DNA of 64,000 nt from Planctomycetota bacterium (lineage in GTDB: Bacteria > Planctomycetota > UBA1135 > UBA2386): NCBI GenBank assembly GCA_965223545.1, contig OZ245006.1, forward strand, positions 1,504,001 through 1,568,000, given 5' to 3'. The translations under genes were made by a program, and so were the position numbers. Positions 59,919 to 64,000 of the stretch are shown here, piece by piece (positions within the stretch are counted from its first letter, which is position 1; the number at the start of each line of letters is the position of its first letter). The notes beneath the pieces were generated by a model, which worked only from the letters and a program-made list of their open reading frames with translations, searched no databases and was not told the DNA's origin.

Positions 59919-62900
59919 TCACAGGCCGAGCTGCATCCAAAGGCCGTTGGTGGCGACGATCTCTGGCGCGAGCGCGTCGATCCACAGCGCCTGGGCGGCG
60001 ACGTCGAGGCCGTTGAGCGACGCATTGCTCGGCACGAAAACGTCCTGGCACCACGCCGGCCCGGTGAGAAAGGCGACGACAATCAGCGACCACGGGTCGA
60101 TCTGAGCCTGGCACCCCGGCGCGAACGACGGCGCCGCCCAGGGCTGCGCAGCCACGAGCCCCATGGCGAGCACGCCGGCGGAGCCGATCGGGCCACGCGT
60201 GCCGCACAGGCGCGCCACTCCGCCCAACGCCGGCGCGGTCGACGCCAGCGACGGGTAGGTCGTGCCGCAAGACGGACCGAGCGGCTGGGCGGATGCGCCG
60301 GGGAGCTCGATCTTCCACAGCTCGGAGCCCTTGACGCCATCGCTCGCCGCGAAGAAGAGGCGCCCGCCGCTGAGCGCGAAGCTGACCGGCGGACTCGACG
60401 CCGCGGTCCCCGGGTTGATGTCGCAGACCAGCGCGGTGCCGGCCGCGGTTCCGTCGGAGACGTAGAGCTCCCGCCCCAAGTCGACGTCCGCGGTGAAGTA
60501 GACGCGGCCACCGACGGCCTGAAACACCAGATGGTTGGCCGATGCCGCACCGGGCGCCAGGTCTTTGGTCAGGACCGTCCCGGTCGGCGTGCCGTCCGTG
60601 ACCCACAGCTCCTGACCATTGACTCCGTCGTCGGCGGTGAAGAACAGCCCTGCGTCCGCGGAGGTCAGATTCGCCGGGCGCGCGTGCGCGGTCCCCGCGG
60701 CAAGGTCCATCACCAGTGCCGTTCCGGCGGCGGTGCCATCCGACTGGAACAGCTCGGCGCCGGTCGCCGGGGTGACCGCGCTGAAGAACACGCGGGCTCC
60801 ATGCGCAGTGAGCTGCATCGGGACCGAGCTGCCAGTGCCCGCCACGAGATCGGCGACCATGACCGTTCCGGCGAACGTGCCGTCGGTCTTCCACAGCTCG
60901 CGGCCCGCCACCGGATCGGTGGCCGCGAAGTACACCTCGTCACCGGCGCGCACCAGCCAGGACGGAGCCGCGTGCGCCGCGCGCGGCGCGATGTCGCGGA
61001 TCATCCACGTGCCGAACGGCGTGCCATCCGAGCGCCAGAGCTCGGCGCCGTTGGTGCCGTTGTCCGCGGCGAAGAGCACGACGCCTCCGAACGCGACGAG
61101 ATCCTTGGGGTTGGAGCCCGAGCCACCGGGCAGGATGTCACGCACCAGGACCGTGCCGGCTGCGGTTCCGTCCGACTTCCACAGCTCGCGACCCAGCGAC
61201 GAGAACGCCGTGAAGTAGAGAGTGTCGGCGCACACGACGAGGTCTTGCGGGAGGCTCGAGCTCGGGTTGATGTCCGCCACCATGACGGTGCCTGCGGTAG
61301 TGCCATCGGTCTTCCACAGCTCGTAGCCGTTGACGCCGTCGTTGGCGACGAAGAAGACCCGATCCCCGTACGAGACGAACGCGTCCGGGTTGCTGCTCGC
61401 GCTGCCGGGCCGGATGTCCTTGACGAACACCGTCCCGGCGGCGGTGCCGTCGGACTTCCACAGCTCTCTCCCGTTGATGCCGTCGTCGGCCGAGAAGTAC
61501 ACCGTGCCCCGGTGGTCCTTGAGGTCGAGCGGTCGGCCCGAGGCCGTGCTGGTCCCCGGCAGAATCTCCAACAGCAGGCCCGTGCCGGCCGGCGTGCCGT
61601 CGGATTCGAACAGCTCCGCGCCGCTGACCGAGTCGTTGGCCGAGAACAGGACGCGGCCGCCGATCGCAGTCACGTCTTTCGGGTTGCTCCCCGTCGGCCC
61701 CGGGTAGAGATCCGCGGCCAGCACCGCCGCCGTGCCATCGGAGACCCAGAGCTCGCGCCCGACTGCCGCCGTCGTCGCGCTGAAGAAGATCCGAGTGCCG
61801 TCGCTGACGAGCTCCGTGGGCGACGACGACGTCGAATCGCCGGTGATGTCGTGGACCAGCGCGGTCCCCGCCGCGGTCCCGTCGGTCTTCCACAGCTCCG
61901 TGCCGCTGCCGGGTCCCGCCGCCGCGAAGTACACCTCACCGGCGTGCTCGACGAAGTAGCGCGGGCCGCTCGACGCCGACCCGGGATTGATGTCGGCCAA
62001 CAGCAGCGTCCCCGCGGCAGTGCCGTCGGTCACCCACAGCTCGTTGCCGTTGGTGCCGTCGTGCGCGGGAAACAGCAGCCTGCCGCCAAACACGATCGCG
62101 TGCTGGAGGGTGACGGAGTTGGCCCTGCCAGGATTGATGTCTTTGACCCTGTAGGTGCCGGCGGCGGTGCCATCCGTGCGCCAGAGCTCGGTCCCGTTGG
62201 CATCGCGCCCGGTGAACAGCGTAGCAGCGCCGAGGGGCCGGAAGTCGGCGGGCGCGCCGTGGCCCGCGCCCCACAGATCGGTAACCATCACCGTTCCGGC
62301 GGGGGTTCCGTCGGTCTTCCACAGCTCGGCGCCGGCCTGGCCGTCGTCGGCGCGGAACAGGATCGACGTGCCGGCCGCATCCCGCGTCAGGTAGGCCGGC
62401 CGGCTGTCGCCGGCCCCGGGCAGGATGTCCTTGAGCTGCACGGTGCCGGCGTCCGTGCCGTCCGACATCCACAGCTCCACCCCACTGCTCTCCGTGCGCG
62501 CCGCGAACAACACCACACCGCCCATGCACTCGAGGTAGGCGGGATCGCTGGAGTTGTTCACGCCGGGATCGATGTCCTTGACCATCATGGTCCCCGCCGC
62601 GGTGCCGTCCGACTTCCACAGCTCGGCGCCCGCCGCGCCGCTCGTGGCGGCGAAGAACAGCGTGCCACCGCAGTCGACCAGCCACAGTGGGCGAGACGGC
62701 GCGGGGCCTGGGTTGATGTCCTTGACCATCACCGTGCCGCCCGCCGTGCCGTCGGTCCGCCACAGCTCGGTGCCGTGCGCGCTGTCGGCGGCGGTGAAGT
62801 ACCAATGCGACCCCACCTTGAGGTAGGTGGAGACGTGCGCGTTGCCAGCGCCGAAACGGGCCCGGGACGGCCGGGCGCCGAGCGGCGTGCTGCCGGTCTG

Positions 62901-63008
62901 GTTGACGTCGGCGACCAGCTCACACACTTGCGCGCCGAGCGGCATTGCCAGGAGCGCAACGGCGAGCAGCGACGGGGCGCGACGAGGGGAGGAGGGAACG
63001 GGGTTCAT
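59919..63008 (-). CDS. Secreted ELWxxDGT-repeat protein with Cys-containing C-terminal domain
   Basis: Signal peptide; 17 EL(W/F/Y)xxDGT repeats plus a terminal ELWKIEL. Confidence 0.92.
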   Translation of the reverse strand: MNPVPSSPRRAPSLLAVALLAMPLGAQVCELVADVNQTGSTPLGARPSRARFGAGNAHVSTYLKVGSHWYFTAADSAHGTELWRTDGTAGGTVMVKDINPGPAPSRPLWLVDCGGTLFFAATSGAAGAELWKSDGTAAGTMMVKDIDPGVNNSSDPAYLECMGGVVLFAARTESSGVELWMSDGTDAGTVQLKDILPGAGDSRPAYLTRDAAGTSILFRADDGQAGAELWKTDGTPAGTVMVTDLWGAGHGAPADFRPLGAATLFTGRDANGTELWRTDGTAAGTYRVKDINPGRANSVTLQHAIVFGGRLLFPAHDGTNGNELWVTDGTAAGTLLLADINPGSASSGPRYFVEHAGEVYFAAAGPGSGTELWKTDGTAAGTALVHDITGDSTSSSPTELVSDGTRIFFSATTAAVGRELWVSDGTAAVLAADLYPGPTGSNPKDVTAIGGRVLFSANDSVSGAELFESDGTPAGTGLLLEILPGTSTASGRPLDLKDHRGTVYFSADDGINGRELWKSDGTAAGTVFVKDIRPGSASSNPDAFVSYGDRVFFVANDGVNGYELWKTDGTTAGTVMVADINPSSSLPQDLVVCADTLYFTAFSSLGRELWKSDGTAAGTVLVRDILPGGSGSNPKDLVAFGGVVLFAADNGTNGAELWRSDGTPFGTWMIRDIAPRAAHAAPSWLVRAGDEVYFAATDPVAGRELWKTDGTFAGTVMVADLVAGTGSSVPMQLTAHGARVFFSAVTPATGAELFQSDGTAAGTALVMDLAAGTAHARPANLTSADAGLFFTADDGVNGQELWVTDGTPTGTVLTKDLAPGAASANHLVFQAVGGRVYFTADVDLGRELYVSDGTAAGTALVCDINPGTAASSPPVSFALSGGRLFFAASDGVKGSELWKIELPGASAQPLGPSCGTTYPSLASTAPALGGVARLCGTRGPIGSAGVLAMGLVAAQPWAAPSFAPGCQAQIDPWSLIVVAFLTGPAWCQDVFVPSNASLNGLDVAAQALWIDALAPEIVATNGLWMQLGL

Positions 63009-63131
63009 CGGCTCGGCTTCCTTGGCAGCAGTCGTAGGGGCCGTTCGCGCGGCCGCCCGGATCGACCCGCCAGCGGCAGCAGCACTGCCCGCATAACAAG
63101 GAAACCGACTTTCTGAGCGCCCGCCGCCCGC

Positions 63132-64000
63132 CTATTCGCCGAGCGCGACGTGCCGCAGCCGATACGACACCAGCTGCTGCAGATCGGGGAGCGCGTAGCA
63201 CCAGTCCCCAGCCTGCAGCGCCACCGAGACGAAGGGGCGCTGGACCACGGCCACTGGAAGCGCGAAACGGATCGACTCCCGCGGCGGCCCCTGCAGAGAG
63301 AAGTGGCCGATCTCGATGCCCTCGACCGAGACCGAAACCGCGCCGTCGAGCTCCGGCCGGGGCAGCCGCTCGAGGCCGAGCTCCAACGCGGTCGCGCCGG
63401 CGCACGCCAGCACCATCACGACGAGCGGCTCGGCGGCGCCGTCGACCGCGAGGCCTGCGTAGACGTGGCGTGCCGCCGCGGCGTCCAACGGCAGGTCGAC
63501 CCTGCTCTGGATTCCGGCGCCGCGCTCCTCGGCGGACTCCGGCGGGCCAGCCGACTCGTGCTCGGCAGCGGCGAAGATCGCCTCGAAGGACGGCGCGGAC
63601 GACGACCGCTCGGGGACGAGCGCGGGCGGCAGGAGGCGGCGACGCCGCAGCAGCTCATGGACGGCCTCCGCCATCTCCCCCGCGCCCTGCGCCCCCCAGT
63701 GCGCGTCCTGCTCGTTGACCCAGTTCGCCGAGTCGCCTGCCCACGCATTCGCGACGAAGGCGAACTGATCGGCGCGCAGATTGGCGGCGAGTTCGGCGCG
63801 CGCGACGGCGTTGTGCCCGCGCCAGTTGCCGATCATGCAGTAGCGGCCACCGCCCTGCTCGACCGCACGGGCCAACCTCGAGATCGCGGCCTCGGCGGCG
63901 GCGTATCTGGTGCGCCCCTCGTGGTCGATCGCCGCCTCGAGCGGCCCGAAGGTCGAGAACCCCAACCGCGTCGCGTAGGCCGCCGTGACCAGCGTGCCGG
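63132..64000 (-). CDS. 3' part of a hypothetical protein, possibly SGNH-hydrolase-like (runs off window end)
   Basis: Open frame to the window edge; DAHW motif followed by a helix resembles SGNH block V. Confidence 0.5.
   Translation of the reverse strand, partial: GTLVTAAYATRLGFSTFGPLEAAIDHEGRTRYAAAEAAISRLARAVEQGGGRYCMIGNWRGHNAVARAELAANLRADQFAFVANAWAGDSANWVNEQDAHWGAQGAGEMAEAVHELLRRRRLLPPALVPERSSSAPSFEAIFAAAEHESAGPPESAEERGAGIQSRVDLPLDAAAARHVYAGLAVDGAAEPLVVMVLACAGATALELGLERLPRPELDGAVSVSVEGIEIGHFSLQGPPRESIRFALPVAVVQRPFVSVALQAGDWCYALPDLQQLVSYRLRHVALGE

Noticed and set aside
60300..62800. Regularly spaced DNA repeats (e.g. CTTCCACAGCTC) resembling a CRISPR array
   Set aside because: They are the coding ELWxxDGT repeats at ~145-nt period and are degenerate; no cas genes are present

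Overview
A 64 kb high-GC, gene-dense bacterial chromosomal segment, most likely from a Planctomycetota lineage. This is inferred from a TPR + tandem RNAP alpha-CTD protein, a large sulfatase, a prenyltransferase/squalene-oxidase repeat protein and an ECF sigma-Ser/Thr kinase pair. Housekeeping genes (murA partial, ruvA, mnmG, tig-clpP-clpX-rlmN, accA, purL-purQ, purD) alternate with large secreted proteins and glycan-modification genes (GT4, flippase, sulfotransferase, radical SAM/oxidoreductase/methyltransferase run). Signalling genes (two ECF sigma modules, sigma54-type response regulator, hybrid histidine kinase) and a tRNA-Pro(UGG) are also present. The tRNA is followed by an accessory region (VOC, MerR module, Phd-VapC toxin-antitoxin). 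Best leads: (1) a shared ~125-aa Cys-containing C-terminal domain on three secreted proteins from two unrelated families, a candidate sorting or anchoring signal; (2) a start-less paralogous C-terminal module in the +1 frame behind a CCC-CCC run at the end of a double sulfatase; (3) a perfect 108-bp spacer-less palindrome after purQ; (4) an ELWxxDGT protein-ECF sigma-membrane GAF Ser/Thr kinase module; (5) a minimal MerR + CCPF-protein metal module with a clear operator; (6) a radical SAM/reductase run. All calls come from manual motif reading; no database searches were run and start codons are best estimates.
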